A stretch of 64,000 bases of DNA from the human T2T-CHM13v2.0 reference genome, Homo sapiens: the NCBI RefSeq assembly GCF_009914755.1, contig NC_060932.1; one strand, 5' to 3'. Below, in pieces: positions 12,870 through 33,919 of the stretch. Below the pieces are notes generated by a model. It was not told the origin of the DNA. It searched no databases and was given only the letters and a program-made list of their open reading frames with translations. The translations under genes and the position numbers were made by a program. The stretch's first letter is position 1. Each line of letters starts with the position of its first letter.

Positions 12870-14790
12870 ATGGCTCAGATGAACATCTCTGTTGAGCAGA
12901 TGGAAACCAGTAAAACCCACCAAGTAACTCCACCGACCTGGGGGCAGATGAAGAGACTAGCTCATATTACAGAAGAGAACCTGAGGTCTCAGAATAAGCC
13001 GCTGACCACCAGTAATCTAATGGTAGCTATGATGACAGTAATCTCCCTGGTGGTGAGTCTCCCCATAGCTGAGGCAGATCAAAATTACAATTATTGGGCC
13101 TACATTCCATTCCCACCACTGATTAGGCCTGTTACATGGTTAGACTTCCTGGTGGAGGTTTATGTTAATGATAGTGTCTGGATGCCTGGACCAACAGGCA
13201 ACCGAGGTCCTACTCATCCAGAGGAGGAAGGAATGTTAATGAATGTTTCCATTGCTTATCACTTTCCTCCCATCTGCCTGGGGCCGACAGGAGGATGTTT
13301 AAATTATGATAAATAAAGTTGGATGGTTTATGTCCCTGCACATAGTGGATCAAAAGCCTGTATTCATGTAATCAGTGGAAGAACATTTCAATCTTTGGAC
13401 ACTATTAAATACCTTGTGCATGGCTATGTTATGACACATCACCAGATTAATAAATTTAAACCTAATAAGAAGCCCTGCCCTAGGCAGGCCACTAAATGGT
13501 CTGGAAAGCTAGAGGTGCTAACCTGGGAAGATTGTATTGCAAACAGCGATGCTGTACTGCAAAATAATTCCTATGGAATCATCATTGATTTGGCCCCTAG
13601 GGGAGGCTTTGCAGTAAATTGTACTGGACAGCGTGAAGATTGTAGAGAGACTCCTTTTGCAAACGACCACCCAGATTATGCACCAAAATTATATAGAAGA
13701 ATGGAAGCACATTTCCCTATTAAGTGGGAGGGGAATGGTATGGCTCCTTCAAGCCCCAAAATAATTGATCCAATTATAAGTCCAGAACATCCAGAATTGT
13801 GGAAATTAATGATGGCTCAAACCCAATTCGGATTTGGAAAGGAGAATATAAAACAGAGACCCATAGTAAAAACTTCAATTTGTTGTAGCCATGACTTCTA
13901 ATCAGATGGTCCCATTGCAGAGTTGTGTTAAACCTCCTTTTATGTTGGCAGTGGGAAAAATTAATATCCTACCTGACTCTCAAACCATATCATTCCTCAA
14001 CTGTCATCTTTTTACCTGCATTAATTCTACCTTTAATAAAGATAATAACATTTTACTGGTTAGGGCCTGAGAAGGAGTTTGGATACCTATTTCCCTCAAT
14101 AGACCTTGGGAGTCCTCTCCCTCCATACATATTATCACTGAATTACTAAAAGGAATACTTAATAGATAAAAGAGATGCATATTTACTTTAATAGCTGTGA
14201 TCATGGGCCTTATAGCTGTCACAGCTGCTGCTGCTGTTGCTGGTGTTGCTTTGCACACTTCTATTCAAACTGTGGGCTTTGTGGATAGTTGGCAGAAAAA
14301 TTCTTCTAAGCTTTGGAATCCCCAAAGCCAAATAGATCAAAAATTGGCAAATCAAATTAATGATCTCCATCAAACAGTAATGTGGATGGGAGATTGGATT
14401 ATGAGCTTGGAGCATAGAATTCAAATGCAACGTGATTGGAATACTTCTGATTTTTGTATTACTCCTAGCTCTTACAATGCCAGTGAACACCATTGGGAGA
14501 TGATTAGATGTCACCTACAAGGAAAAGAAGATAATTTATCATTAGATATTGCTAAACTGGAAAAACATGTTTTTGAGACATCTAAGGTTCATCTCACCCT
14601 GTTGCCTGGAGATGATATTCTTGCTGGAGCTGCTGATGGCCTTTCTAATACCAATCCTTTAAAGTGGATTAAAACCATAGGTGGATCAACAATTGCAAAT
14701 TTTATTTTGGTTTGTGTCTGTTTATGCTGTTTGTTTTTAGTCTACAGATGTGGATGATGCCTTGGGAGAGAAGCCAGACACCGTGAATGA
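12870..14790 (+). pseudogene. HML-1-like env, disrupted
   Basis: [39 protein letters not shown] and the TM segment [14 protein letters not shown], with several stops. Confidence 0.88.
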
Positions 14791-14851
14791 GCCATGATAG
14801 CAATGGCAGTTATTAATCAAAAAAAATTAATAAAGACAAAAAAGGGGGACA

Positions 14852-15410
14852 TGTGGGAAAGAGAGTTTCTAGGGTGCCAGTTGAGTTGGTCTCCCCTGTG
14901 TGAGACACCCATGGGAAGCCATGGGCAGCCTCTGGGGGGAAAAGTCTCCTTATTGCCTTCATGTCTTTATGCCCTGAGAGCATAACTGCTCAGCAGCATT
15001 CCACAGGTTGCTCAGGGAGATAACACTCCCTTGAAGCAGTGGAGTATAATCAAACATCTTGGCTCCTCCTGAAACCCGCAAGATCTTAAGTAGTTTAGAC
15101 ATACACCTCTGCTCAAGGAAATTCACAGAAACCGCCACTGCTATACATCTTATCGAATGACTCACGAGTTCTCCTTCACTGATTAATCCTTTTTCCCATC
15201 CCTTCCTCCCCCTCCCATCTGCCTTAAGAACAAAGAGCTTGTAAACCAATAAATTGGGCAGAGCCTGAGAGCTCTGGGCCATGAGCAAGCCTCCAACACT
15301 CTTGTCCCCTGGACCTGCCTTTTAAATGCTTATTCTGTCTCTTTCCAACTCCTTTGTCTCTGCTGGATTTGGGGTACCCACTGGGTGTTGTGGGGCTGGT
15401 TTCCCCAACA
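14852..15410 (+). mobile_element. 3' LTR of the outer HERV-K (LTR14B-like)
   Basis: Polypurine tract aaaaagggggaca, then TGTGGGAAAGAGAGTTTC...TTCCCCAACA (TG..CA, about 559 bp), with AATAAA near 15248. Confidence 0.8.
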
Positions 15411-16179
15411 GTGGAAAAAAGGCTGGCCTCACTGTTTATGGGTAGTTGTGGCAGTGGCAATCTCAGTATCAGAGGCTATGAAAATAATACAAGGAAAGGA
15501 TCTCACCATCTGGACTACTCATGATGTAAATGGCATAATAGGTGCCAAAGGTAGTTTATGGCTATCAGACAACTGCCTGCTTAGATACCAGCTGCTACAC
15601 CTTGAGGGACTGGTGCTTCAAATATGCACATGTGCAGCCCTAAACCCTGTCACCTTTCTCCCAGAGGATGGAGGACCAGTTGAGCACTACTGCCAACAAA
15701 TTATAGTCCAGACTTATGCCACTGAGAGGATCTCTTAGAAGTCCCCTTAGTTAATCCTGACCCTAACCTATATACCAATGGAAGTTCATTTGTGGAGAAT
15801 TGGATATGAAGGGCAGGTTATGCCATAGTTAGTGATGTAACGGTACTTGAAAGTAAGCCTCTTCCCCCAGGGACCAGTGCCCAGTTAACAGAACTAGTGG
15901 CACTAACCCAAGCCTTATGACTGGGAAAGGGAAAAAGAATAAATGTGTATACAGATAGCAATCATGCTTATGTAATCCTACATGCCCATGCTGCAATATG
16001 GAAAAAAAGGGAGTTCCTAACCTCTGGGGGAACCCCCATTAAATACCACAAGGGAATCTTGGAGTTATTGCACGCAGTGCAAAAACCCAAGGAGGTGGCA
16101 GTCTTACACTGCAAAGCCATCAAAAAGAGGAAGGAGAGCAGAGAACAGCAGCATAAGTGGCTGGCAGGGCACTTGACAA

Positions 16180-16480
16180 AGAGAAGGACAAAGAGAAGGA
16201 AAGAGAGAGAGAGGGAGAGAGAGGAAAGACAGAAAGTCAAAGAGAGAAGGAAAGAGAGAGGGATAGAGAGAGGGAAAGACAGAAAAAGAGAGAAGGAAAG
16301 AGAGAGAGGAAGAGACAAAGAGGAAGTCAGAGAGAAAGAAAGAGAGAGAGACAGAAAGTCAAAGAGAAGGAGAGGAAGAGACAGACAAAGAGGGAGTCAG
16401 AGAAAGAGAGAAAGAGACAAAGTCAAAGAGAGAAACAGAGAGACAGAAAGTCAAAGAAAGAGAGAGAGAAGTATTAAAGA
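16180..16480. repeat. GA-rich low-complexity tract within ERV9
   Basis: Repeated agagagagagacagaaagtcaaag-like units. Confidence 0.85.
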
Positions 16481-16547
16481 AAAAAACAGTGTACCCTATT
16501 CCTTTAAAAGCCAGGGCAAATTTAAAACCTATAATTGATAATTGATT

Positions 16548-17290
16548 TAAAACCACAATGAGATACCATCTCACACCAGTTAGAATGGCAATCATTACAA
16601 AGTCAGGAAACAACAGGTGCTGGAGAGGATGTGGAGAAATAGGAACACTTTAACACTGTTGGTGGGACTGTAAACTAGTTCAACCATTGTGGAAGTCAGT
16701 GTGGTGATTCCTCAGGGATCTAGAACTAGAAATACCATTTGACCCTGCCATCCCATTACTGGGTGTATACCCAAAGGACTATAAATCATGCTGCTATAAA
16801 GACACATGCACACGTATGTTTATTTCGGCATTATTCACAATAGCAAAGACTTGGAACCAACCCAAATGTCCAACAATGATAGACTGGATTAAGAAAATGT
16901 GGCACATATACACCATGGAATACTATGCAGCCATAAAAATGATGAGTTCATGTCCTTTGTAGGGACATGGATGAAATTGGAAATCATCATTCTCAGTAAA
17001 CTGTCGCAAGGACAAAATACCAAACACCGCATGTTCTCACTCATAGATGGGAATTGAACAATGAGAACACATGGACACAGGAAGGGGAACACCACACTCT
17101 GGGGACTGTTGTGGGGTGGGGGGAGGGGGGAGGGATAGCATTAGGAGATATACCTAATGCTAAATGATGAGTTAATGGGTGCAGCACACCAGCATGGCAC
17201 ATGTATACATATGTAACTAACCTGCACATCGTGCAGATGTACCCTAAAACTTAAAGTATAATAAAAAATATATATATACAGAAAAAAAAA
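16548..17290 (+). mobile_element. 5'-truncated primate L1PA 3' end inserted in ERV9
   Basis: ORF2 end and 3' UTR (ACCACAATGAGATACCATCTCACACC...G-tract...CCCTAAAACTTAAAGTATAATAAAAA). Confidence 0.92.
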
Positions 17291-18570
17291 GTCTTCTCCA
17301 ATACCACCTTGTTGTCAGTGTAAACAAGGGTATAGCCCGAAAGCACTGAGGCCACTGACAACCCATAGCATTCCTATCAAAAATCCTTAACCCAGCAGGT
17401 TTCCTAACAGGGGATCTAAATTAATTACCATACAAAGGTCTGAACATACCTAAGAGGAACTCCCTTCAGGACAGGATAATAGATGGTTCCTTCCAGGCGA
17501 TTAAGGGAAAAAGACACAATGGGTATTCAGTAAGTGATAAGGAAACTCTTGTAGAAGCAGAGTTAGGAAAATTGCCTAATAACTGGTCTGCTCAAATGTG
17601 TGAGTTGTTTGCACTCAGCTAAACCTTAAAGTACTTACAGAATCAGGAAGGAGGATCTATACCAATTCTAAGTTAACATGGACTGAACGAGGTCTTATTA
17701 ATAGCAAAGAATAATTGAAATCCCAAACTTCCAAGGTTTTCAACAAAAGTAGTTTGCTAAAAGTTAACAGTGTAATATTTATTATTCTAACTTCTTATCT
17801 TGTGGAAATCAGACCACATCAGTGCCCCTCAAAGCTCAAGTCCATCAGTGCAGGGCCATACAACTACTACCCCTACTTATAGGGTTAGAAATGGCCACTG
17901 CTACGGGAACCAGAATAGCAGGTTTATCAACTTCATTATCCTACTACCACACACTCTCAAAGGATTTCTCAGTTTGCAAGAAATAACAAAATCTATCCTT
18001 ACTCTATAATCCCAAATAAACTCTTTGGCAGCAGTGACTGTCCAAAACTGCTGAGGCCTAGGCCTCCTCACTGCTGAGAAAGGAGGACTTTGCACCTTCT
18101 TAGGGGAAGAGTGTTGCTTTTACACTAACCAGTCAGGGATAGTATGAGATGCCATCTGGTGTTTACAGGAAAAGGCTTCTGAAATCAGATAATGCCTCTC
18201 AAACTCTTATACCAACCTCTGGAGTTGGGTGACATGGCTTCTCCCCTTTCTAGGTCCTGTGAAAGCCATCTTGCTATTATTCACTTTTGGGCCCTGTATT
18301 TTTAACCTCCTTGCCAAATTTGTTTCCTCCAGGATTGAGGTCATCAAGCTACAGATGGACTTACAAATGGAACCCCAAATGAGTTCAACTCAAAACTTCT
18401 ACCGAGGACCCCTGGATTGACCCACTGGCTCTTTGGCTGGCCTAGAGAGTTCCCTTCTGAAGACACTACCACTGGAGGGCCCCGTCTTCACCCCTATCCA
18501 GCAGGAAGTAGCTAGAGTGGTCATTGGCCAATTCCCAACAGCAGTGGGGTGTCCCGTTTAAAGGGGGGAT

Positions 18571-19155
<585 letters not shown>

Positions 19156-19467
19156 TTCAGCACTCTTCAATTATACATATTGAAATATGCATTCAGAAAA
19201 GTACTTAAATCATAAATATGTACAACTCAATTTTGAGTATGTGAACAAGAAAGTAACCACTATCCACATAAAAATGCAGAGCAGATTAGCACCCAAAGCC
19301 TCCTTTGCGCCCACTCCTGGCTATTACCTTCAAAATGCTACCTAATGAGAGGACTCAGAGTGCCATATAAAACTATAAAGGTGACAACTGGAACAGAAAT
19401 TAAAATCTTGCTAAATATTGGAAACTCAACAATAAAAAGGATTGAAAGGGAAAGAAAGAGTTAATAT

Positions 19468-19875
19468 TGCTATGGTTTGGATGTGTGTCCCCTCTGAATT
19501 TCATGTTGAAATGTGATCCCCAAAGTTGGAGGTGGGACCTAGTGGAAGGTGTTTGGGGATGGATCCCTCATGAATGGCTTGATGCCTTCCTGGAGGTAAT
19601 GAATGAGTTCTCACTTTGTTACTTCATAGAGAGCTGGTTGTTTAAAAGAGGCTGGCTCCTCTCTCTTGCTCCCTTTCTTGCCATGTGACATGCCTGTTTC
19701 CTCTTAGCCTTCTTCCATGAGTAAAAGCTTCCTGAGGCCTCACCAGAAGCTGAGCAAATGCCAGCACTATACTTCCTGTGTAACCTGAAGAACCATGAGC
19801 CAAATAAACCTCTTTTCTTTGTAAATTACCCAGCTTCAGGTGTTCCTTCATAACAAAGTGTAACAGATTAACACA
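19468..19875 (+). mobile_element. MaLR LTR (MST-like)
   Basis: TGCTATGGTTTGGATGTG...CTTCCTGAGGCCTCACCAGAAGC...AATAAACCTC. Confidence 0.75.
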
Positions 19876-19968
19876 AATATATAATCAAAATATAATATGA
19901 CAATTAAAACAAGAACAACTATCTTAACAAATGGGATTAACTCACCTCTTTTAGAAAATATATAGATT

Positions 19969-20280
19969 TGAGCTGGGTGTGGTGGCTCACGTCTGTAATC
20001 CCAGCACTTGGGAGGCTGAGACGGGTGGATCACAAGGTCAGGAGTTCAAGACCAGCCTGACCAATATGGTGAAACCCTGTCTCTACTCAAAATATGAAAA
20101 TTAGCCAGCCATGGTGGCATGTGCCTGTCATCCCAGATACTTGGGAGGCTGAGACAGGAGACTGGCTTGAACCCAGGAGGTGGAGGTTGTGTGAGCCGTG
20201 ATCAAGCCACTGTACTCCAAGCTGGGTGATAGAGCAAGACTCTGTCTCAAAAATAAATAAATAAATAAATAAAAATAAAA
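19969..20280 (+). mobile_element. Alu
   Basis: Dimeric Alu with a (TAAA)n tail. Confidence 0.92.
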
Positions 20281-20295
20281 AATATATCTTTTCAA

Positions 20296-20634
20296 ATTGG
20301 AATGAATTAATGGCATTCACAGCAACCTGGATGGGACTGGAAACTATTATTCTAAGTGAAGTAACTTAGGAATGGAAAACCAAACAGTGTATGTTCTCAC
20401 TCATAAGTGGAGCTAAGCTATGAGGATGCAAAGGCATAAGAATGATATGATGGACTTTGCTGACTCATAGTGAAAGGGTGGGAAGAGGGTGAGGGATAAA
20501 AGACTACAAATTGGGTTCAGTGTGTACTGCTTGGGTGATGGGTGCACGAAAATCTCACAAATCACCAGTAAAGAACTTATGTAACAAAATACCACCTGTT
20601 CCCTAAAAACCTATGGAAATAAAAAATTTAAAAA

Positions 20635-20675
<41 letters not shown>
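20296..20675 (+). mobile_element. Old L1 (L1MA-like) 3' end ending in a (TA)n microsatellite
   Basis: GCAACCTGGATGG...TTCTCACTCATAAGTGG...AAAGAACTTAT...AATAAA, with (TA)n at 20636-20675. Confidence 0.75.
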
Positions 20676-20676
<1 letters not shown>

Positions 20677-22097
20677 AGTTTCAAATTGGATCACAAAACA
20701 AAGTCCAACTCTTAAAATACAGTGATTCTGAAAGGCTAAAAATAAAAGAATAAGCAAAGTATACCAGGGAAATCTAAACAAGAAGAAAGCATGACATTAA
20801 GATGGTAATCTTAATATCAGACAAGGTGGAATTCAGGTTAAAATGCATCAAGTAATACAAAGAAATTTACAATGATAAAGGCTATGATTCCCAATGCAAA
20901 TTTAGCAGTTATGAATATTTATGCACCAAGGAGCACCGAGCTGCTCTTGTGGATTGTCACAGTAATGGCCACAATGGAGTGTGCCTCCTGGTATCCATGC
21001 CCTTCTCACACCAACCGTGGACTTTAGTCAGTGTGAAATAAGCAAATGTCACAAGCAGAGAGTTGATAAGAACTGTCTAGCTGAGCCCAGTCTAAATTTT
21101 AGAATTGTGAGCAAATAAATGGTTGTTTGTAACGTGAATGCCTATAGAAGAGGAAAAAATTAATAGGATGGATGAAACTATAAAAAATGTTAGTAAGGTA
21201 GTAGCTTTTGAAGTATTGATAAAACTCTAGATATGAGCAAGCAACTAGTGTGTGAGCTATAGGCAGGACTAGTAAGATATGTTACATGTAGATAGGAAGT
21301 TAGTATCCTGTAGGACATGCTAAAGATGGAACAAATGGAATGTATAATGCAATCAACAAGAGTATTCCTTTAGATAAAAAGAGATGGGAAGATCAAGTCA
21401 TAAGGTGTGATCAGGCCACTTCTGGGCTCTGTGTTATGTCATCATTTCATCAGCTACTCATTTGTGACACCCATTATGGTCCCATTCAGGTTCCACATGT
21501 GCTCTGCCAAGAAATGCAGATAAAACTTAGGGTTTTGTTTTTGTTTTTGTTTTTTTTAGCAAGCTAATTGGTAGACTATGCTGTAGCCAGGAGTACCTGG
21601 TCTTGCATCCCTCTGCTAGCACAAGTATGTATATTGGCTGCAGGTAACGTCTATCTGTGGGCAACCTAAAGGAATTGATCTTTCAAAAAGTCAATTTCTG
21701 GTTTCATGGATTTTCTCTGCTGGTTTCCCATTTTCAATGTCATTGATTTCTGCTCAAATTTTTATTATTGATGTTGGGAAAGGCAGTCTTGTGCATGTAG
21801 TTTTTCAGCCTCCACCCAATCATATAAGAATGGGCCTTGGGTCCAGAACACTTCCTTATGAGAGAGATAAAGAGCCCTCACAGCATGTGCTGGGCTTACT
21901 ACTTTGTACAGGGACATTATTCCCTGTTTTAGACTCATATGTAGTCCTCTGTTCTGCTTGAGTGCATGCATTGATGGATCTCAGGCACACCCATAGCTTT
22001 CTGTGTTTCAGACCTGATGGGAGAGGAGTTGGGGTTCTTCTACTGCAGCAGGAAGTGGGGTGTGGGGTGTGCAGCTACACTGCCCACATTGGCTGTC

Positions 22098-22490
22098 GAT
22101 ATAGTTCATATATTTGTCCCTGCCCAAATCTCATGTTGAATTGTAATCCACAGCATTGAAGATGGGGCCTGGTGGAAGGTGATTGGATCATGAGGGTTGA
22201 TTTCTCATGAATGGTTTAGCATCATTCTCTCCATGCTATCCTCGCCATAGTAAGTGAGTTCTCTTGAGACCTGGCTGTTTAAAAGTCTGTGGCACTTTCC
22301 TCTCTTTTACTTGCTCCTGATTTTTCCATGTGATGTGCCTGCTCCCCACTTGCCTTCTGCCGTGATTGCAAGCTTCCTGAGGCCTCCCCAGAAGCTGAGC
22401 AGATGTAGAACTATGAGCTAATTAAACCTCTGTTTTTATAAATGACCTGGTTGTAGGCATTTCTTTATAGCAATGCAAGAATGGCCTAAC
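22098..22490 (+). mobile_element. MaLR LTR (MSTA/THE1-like)
   Basis: CCCAAATCTCATGTTGAATTGTAATC...CTTCCTGAGGCCTCCCCAGAAGC...ATTAAACCTC. Confidence 0.75.
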
Positions 22491-22789
22491 GCAGCTGTGA
22501 TGTGAAACTGCTGTCAATGGGGGAACTGTGCATTGCAAAGGGCTGGATCCTGTGCATTTTCTCCTCTTGTTGTAAGAAAATGACATACCACTTGAGCCTG
22601 GTGTGTGTGCCACTTGTTTTAATGACCCAAAATCATGCATAGGCCTTCCCTCAGTGGCACTTATCTATCTTATAAACTTGGCTGCACAACCTGGTCACCC
22701 AGTGAGTGGTGAAACAATTTATTCTGCTTACTTTGATTTGATTTATTCTTTTTTCCCTAGTTTCATAAGGTGGAAGCTTACATTATTGA

Positions 22790-27600
<4,811 letters not shown>

Positions 27601-28644
27601 GGTAACATTTTATTGAAAGTGAGATACGATGCACTGGTTAAAAGGAACTGATAGTTAGGCCTTTAGTGTGAGGTTTTTATCTGGCCCGCGGTTAGGCTGC
27701 GTTTTCTGTTTGCTGCAGCTGTCAGTATCAGAGGCTAAAATGTCTCCAGCGTCCTTGTTTTGGTCTCCCTTGTTGCCTTTGGGTTATCCTAGAGACTTCT
27801 TGAAGTTTGAGACACACAGTTCTTTCAGTTATATTCTCCCCTAACTATTCAGGATCTCTAGTGCTGGGGTAAGATATGAAGGGAGGGGAAACATCACATA
27901 ATCTTATGAGTATGTCTCAGTCTTTCAGTGAAATTGTGACCCTCACAAGTGCTTCTGAGTTTTGTATTGGTTTATCCCCCTTAGATGAGACAGAAAGGCT
28001 AGAGCAGGTTGGAGTTGGGTATTTCCCTTTCCCCAGGTCAGTTTGTCTCTGGTAAAACCTCAGCAGGTTAGGCTCTGGTAAAATAGTTTCTCCTGAGGTT
28101 GGGCTTTATGAAGAACCATACGCTCTGGGCATATTTCAGAATGGCTAATTTCCCCCTCCCACTGCTGGAAGCATGAAGGGATTTTTTTTCTTAGATCTTC
28201 ACTGTGAGAACCTGTTATGGCTTCAGGAGGTAAAGCTCATGAAAGTGTGTGGGTTCCGTTAAAACTGGGCCATACTGGCATTTTTACTGTCAGTGTGCGT
28301 GAGCACTCAGCAGGCACTAGGCTCAGTGACGGGGTCAGTTCTGTGCCTTAGCTTCCTCCTGTGTGTTCTTTCCCTAAGCAGTCCCATGGGGCTGAGACAC
28401 AGCATCCATAACCCTGATGAAGTGTCATCATTGACCATCTACAAACACTGGGCCCTGAATGGAGCTTAGTTAAACTGCCTTCATCTACTACCTAGCTGTA
28501 CCAGGGACCACTATTTAAGAGACATGAAAAGAAATCCAGAATCCCCAAGTGTCTGTATTGCCTGGGGGTGATCATGGACTGTTATTGACCTCTTGGTGTT
28601 TGGAAGGCTGCTTTTAGATACTCCTGAATCTGTTTGCCACATAA

Positions 28645-29068
<424 letters not shown>

Positions 29069-29084
29069 TAAATAGAGCCACTTG

Positions 29085-29439
<355 letters not shown>

Positions 29440-29501
29440 TTATATGTAACATTCTGCAGGAAGCCAAGCTTGAAGAAACTTATAAAAATTAGGGAGACTG
29501 G

Positions 29502-29800
29502 GGGCCAGGTGTGGTGGCTCACGCCTGTAATCCCAGCACTTTGGGAGGCTGAGGCAGGTGGATCATGAGGTCAGGAGTTCGAGACCAGCCTGGACAATAT
29601 GGTGAAACCCTGTCTCTACTAAAAATGCAAAAAGTAGCTGGGCACAGTGGCAGGCGCCTGTAATTCCAGCTACTCAGGAGGCTGAGGCAGGAGAATTGCT
29701 TGGACCCAGGAGGTGGAGGGTGCAGTGAGCCAAGATTGCCCCACAGCACTCTAGCCTGGGCAACAGAGCAAGACTCTATCTCAAAAAAAAAAAAAAAAGA
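29502..29800 (+). mobile_element. Alu, TSD aaattagggagactg / aaattagagagactg
   Basis: Alu consensus plus TSD. Confidence 0.9.
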
Positions 29801-30245
29801 AATTAGAGAGACTGAGAAAATCATTACAAACATCTTGCAGATGACAGATCAAATATTTTCCTTTCTTTACAAGAGAGAGATTTCCAGGCAGTGATACTGA
29901 TCCATCCAAACACTCATGCAATGGAGAGAGGTCTTAAATGTAACAAATACAGGAGCTGCATGAGTCTGTGCTCAAATGCTATTATATATACTAGTGTTCC
30001 TACAGAAGAGGTGTCAGAAATGACAGGTGTGTGACCAAAATTTCAAATTAAATTCAGACTTAACGAGACATCAGAAAAGCCTCATGAGAGAGAAACCCTG
30101 TGAATGTATGTGGAAAAGCTGTTATGCAGAAATTACTCCTTATTGAACATCAGAGTATTTATCTGATAAGAAACTCTGTCAATGTAATGAACGAGAGAAA
30201 GCCTTCAGCTAGAGCTCAGTTGTAATTCACCATTAAAAAGTTCTA

Positions 30246-30545
<300 letters not shown>

Positions 30546-30804
30546 GTTCTTACTGGAGAGAAACCTTATGAATATTATGAATGTGGGAAAGCTTTTATCC
30601 AGAAATGTATTAAGTACCAAAGATTTAATATCTCATGAATACAGAAAGTATGAGAAAACCTTTGCACAGAGCTCACACCTAATTCAGCATCAAAAAATTC
30701 AGTGGAAAGAAGTCATAAGTATGTAATTACTGTGGAAGAGCTTTCCATTCAAAATCACACCTTATTCAGCAGCAGATAATTCACAGTAGAGAAAAGGCCC
30801 GTGA

Positions 30805-31097
<293 letters not shown>

Positions 31098-31669
31098 TGA
31101 CATCAGGATATTCATCACAGAGAGAAATTACAGGAGTGTAATGAATGTGGGAAGGTGTTTGGTCAGAATCCAACCCTTGTTATACATCAGCAGATTCACA
31201 TTGGAATGAAATCTGATAACTACAGTAAATGTAGGAAAGTTTTTTTGTAGATTCATAGCCCCTGCAGAACCTAAGGCAGTTCCAGGTAAAGAGAAACCCT
31301 ATGGGTACAGTGAATATGGGAAGACCATACAGAATTCATACCACTTTCTGGATCAAAAAGAATCAAAGAAGAGACAAAGCCTATGAATCTCATGCATGTG
31401 CAAAAACCTTATATTATGTGTCAAAACTTATTAAGTATCAGGGTATGTAGTCTTTAATAGTTTAGAGCCTGTTCAGTAGCAGAAAATCCACTCTATCAAT
31501 AAACTTTATGAACATAAATACTGTGACAAAGTCTTCAGGCTAATTTTAAGTTTAAAAAATCAGGCTTTATCATAGAAAAAAATGAGAAAAAAATAAAAGT
31601 AAAATGTGATCCAAACTTGTAATTATGTTAATGGAGACACAGTATATATAAACATATTTAGATATATGT

Positions 31670-31980
31670 TTTCTTTCTTTCTTTTTTCTTTTTTTTTTTT
31701 GAGACTAGGTCTTTCTCTGTCACCCAGGCTGGAGGGTGGTCGTAGAATTTTGGCTCACTGCAACATCCGCCCCTGCACCATCCCCCTTCCCACCGCTGCC
31801 CAAAGCAATCCTCCTGCCTCAGCCTCCCAAGTAGCTGGGACCACAACCGGCTAATTTTTTAAATTTTTTGTAGAGACCATGTTGCCCAGGCTGGTCTCAA
31901 ACTCCTGGGCTCAGGCAATCTGCCTGCCTTGGCCTCTCAAAGTGCTGGGATTATATGCGGAGCCACTGTGCCCAGCCTGG
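31670..31980 (-). mobile_element. Alu (old, AluJ-like)
   Basis: Degenerate Alu consensus. Confidence 0.8.
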
Positions 31981-32625
31981 ATATCTGTTTTCTTAAACTG
32001 TGTCCTTCAAGGTCAGGGTACTTCTCTTGTTCTTTCACCGTACCCATCCCATTGCCTTATTCATTCAGCCCCTTAATAAATATTTTGGTGTGATTTGCTA
32101 ACTATGGAAAAATCTTTTCTGAAGACTCATGTTTCCTGCCACAAGAGGAACCATAGAAAATATAGCACTGGAAAGGCAACAGTTCAAATCCAAGGTTATT
32201 CATGATTACATCAACCTACAATTACTGTGCAGCCCCTATGTGCCTGGTAGTGTGCCTGACAATGGCAAATCAGAGATGCAGAAACACTTGGCCTCTTTTC
32301 CTCATATCTCTCAGTCTAGTTGGGATACAAAGGTATGTAGAGACAGATAACCACATCAGTACAGTAATAGAGGTAAGAATACAGGGTTGAGTGGGGTCCC
32401 AGAGGTGGGAGAGGTCTACAGAGATGGCTCATTTTCAAAATTCTGAGAGACAATAACTGTTAACCTCAAATTGTGTTTCTATCCAAACTATCCTCCAGGA
32501 ATTAGAATAAAAATAGGCATTTTCAGATGAGCAAAACCCAAAACACCATAACAGATTTCATTAAAGGAGCTTTAAAAGGATGTACATTTAAAGAAATGAT
32601 ATCAGAACTGAGATATAAGGAATGA

Positions 32626-32850
32626 TGCCAGGCATGGGAGGCTGAGGTGGGAAGATTGCTTGAGCCCAGGAGTTCAAGACCAGCCTGGGCATCCTGGTGA
32701 GACCCCATCTCTACAAAAAATTACAAAATTAGCTGGTATGATGGTGCATGCCTGTGGTCCCAGCTACTTGGGAGGCTGAGGCAGGAGGGAGGATCAGTTG
32801 AGCCCAGGACAACCTAGGTGACAGAGTGAGACATGGACTCTAAGAAAAAC
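32626..32850 (+). mobile_element. Partial Alu
   Basis: Alu consensus with deletions. Confidence 0.8.
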
Positions 32851-33023
32851 AAAAGTTGTATATTTGAAAACACTGACTGTAAATAGAATTAAGTCTAATA
32901 TGGCAGATTTAAAAACAAAGATAGAAATGAAGTCAAGACAAAAATAGCATATGAGTCAGGAAGGTAATGGATAAAATCAGAGCATTGAAAGTGAGGCAGG
33001 ATAGGTAGTCAAGGAAGTAACCA

Positions 33024-33612
33024 TGTCCTCGGGATGCAGCAACTGTTGTGACTGTGCAATCAGCACAATAAGCCTCTGCCTTCACATTGTGGTTAAGCTC
33101 TTTCAAGCAAAACTATCTTCAGTAGAGAATTTCCCCTGCAAAGAGCATGTACATTTTGATTTTACCTGTCCTCAGACTGACCTTTCGCTCATTATAATAG
33201 TAAAAAACAGAGCCCTGGTTGGAGGTTTAAGATGCTAATAAGACATGTGACATGTACGAACAATCATATACCAGCATGTAGAACAAGCATTGTATGACAA
33301 GAAGCATTGTATGAACAAGCATGTAAGAACATACAGCTACCGCACATGTGCACTCAGAGGACCATCCAGAACATACTCACTAGTAGCACCTCTTCCCAAT
33401 TCCTTATGAATAATCATGTAAGACCCCCATAAAGGGAGTCTCCCTCATGCGTCTTTGCTGCCCCAACCTTATGAGCAGCTGGCCCTCAATCCTCTCTCTC
33501 TCTCTCAGGGTGTACTGTCTATTGTTCACTTAACTTTCCAAATATTCTTTCTCCTTTGTAATAAATTACTGTATGCCGCATCTCCTTTACTGCGTGTCCC
33601 GTTTAAATTCTG
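33024..33612 (+). mobile_element. Probable ERV solo LTR (family uncertain)
   Basis: TG start, CCCATAAAGGG TATA-like element, AATAAA at about 33560 and a U5-like tail. Confidence 0.5.
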
Positions 33613-33616
33613 CGTG

Positions 33617-33919
<303 letters not shown>

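Larger units (their letters stand above)
15411..18570 (+). mobile_element. ERV9 (HERV9) internal remnant: pol/RNase H, AG-rich tract, env TM
   Basis: GWPHCL and YTDSNHAY...HAHAAIWK RNase H motifs. The env ISD/CX6CC remnant [18 protein letters not shown] lies at about 18060-18120, and the polypurine tract at 18559-18570. Confidence 0.8.

Noticed and set aside
15945-16538. 197-aa ORF with an Arg/Glu/Lys-rich tail
   Set aside because: It is an ERV9 RNase H remnant reading into a GA-rich simple repeat.
28380-28560. Possible KRAB-B exon upstream of the ZNF relic
   Set aside because: The similarity is too weak to support by eye.
33250-33335. Short tandem duplications (aacaagcattgtatg)
   Set aside because: This is minor slippage within a probable LTR.
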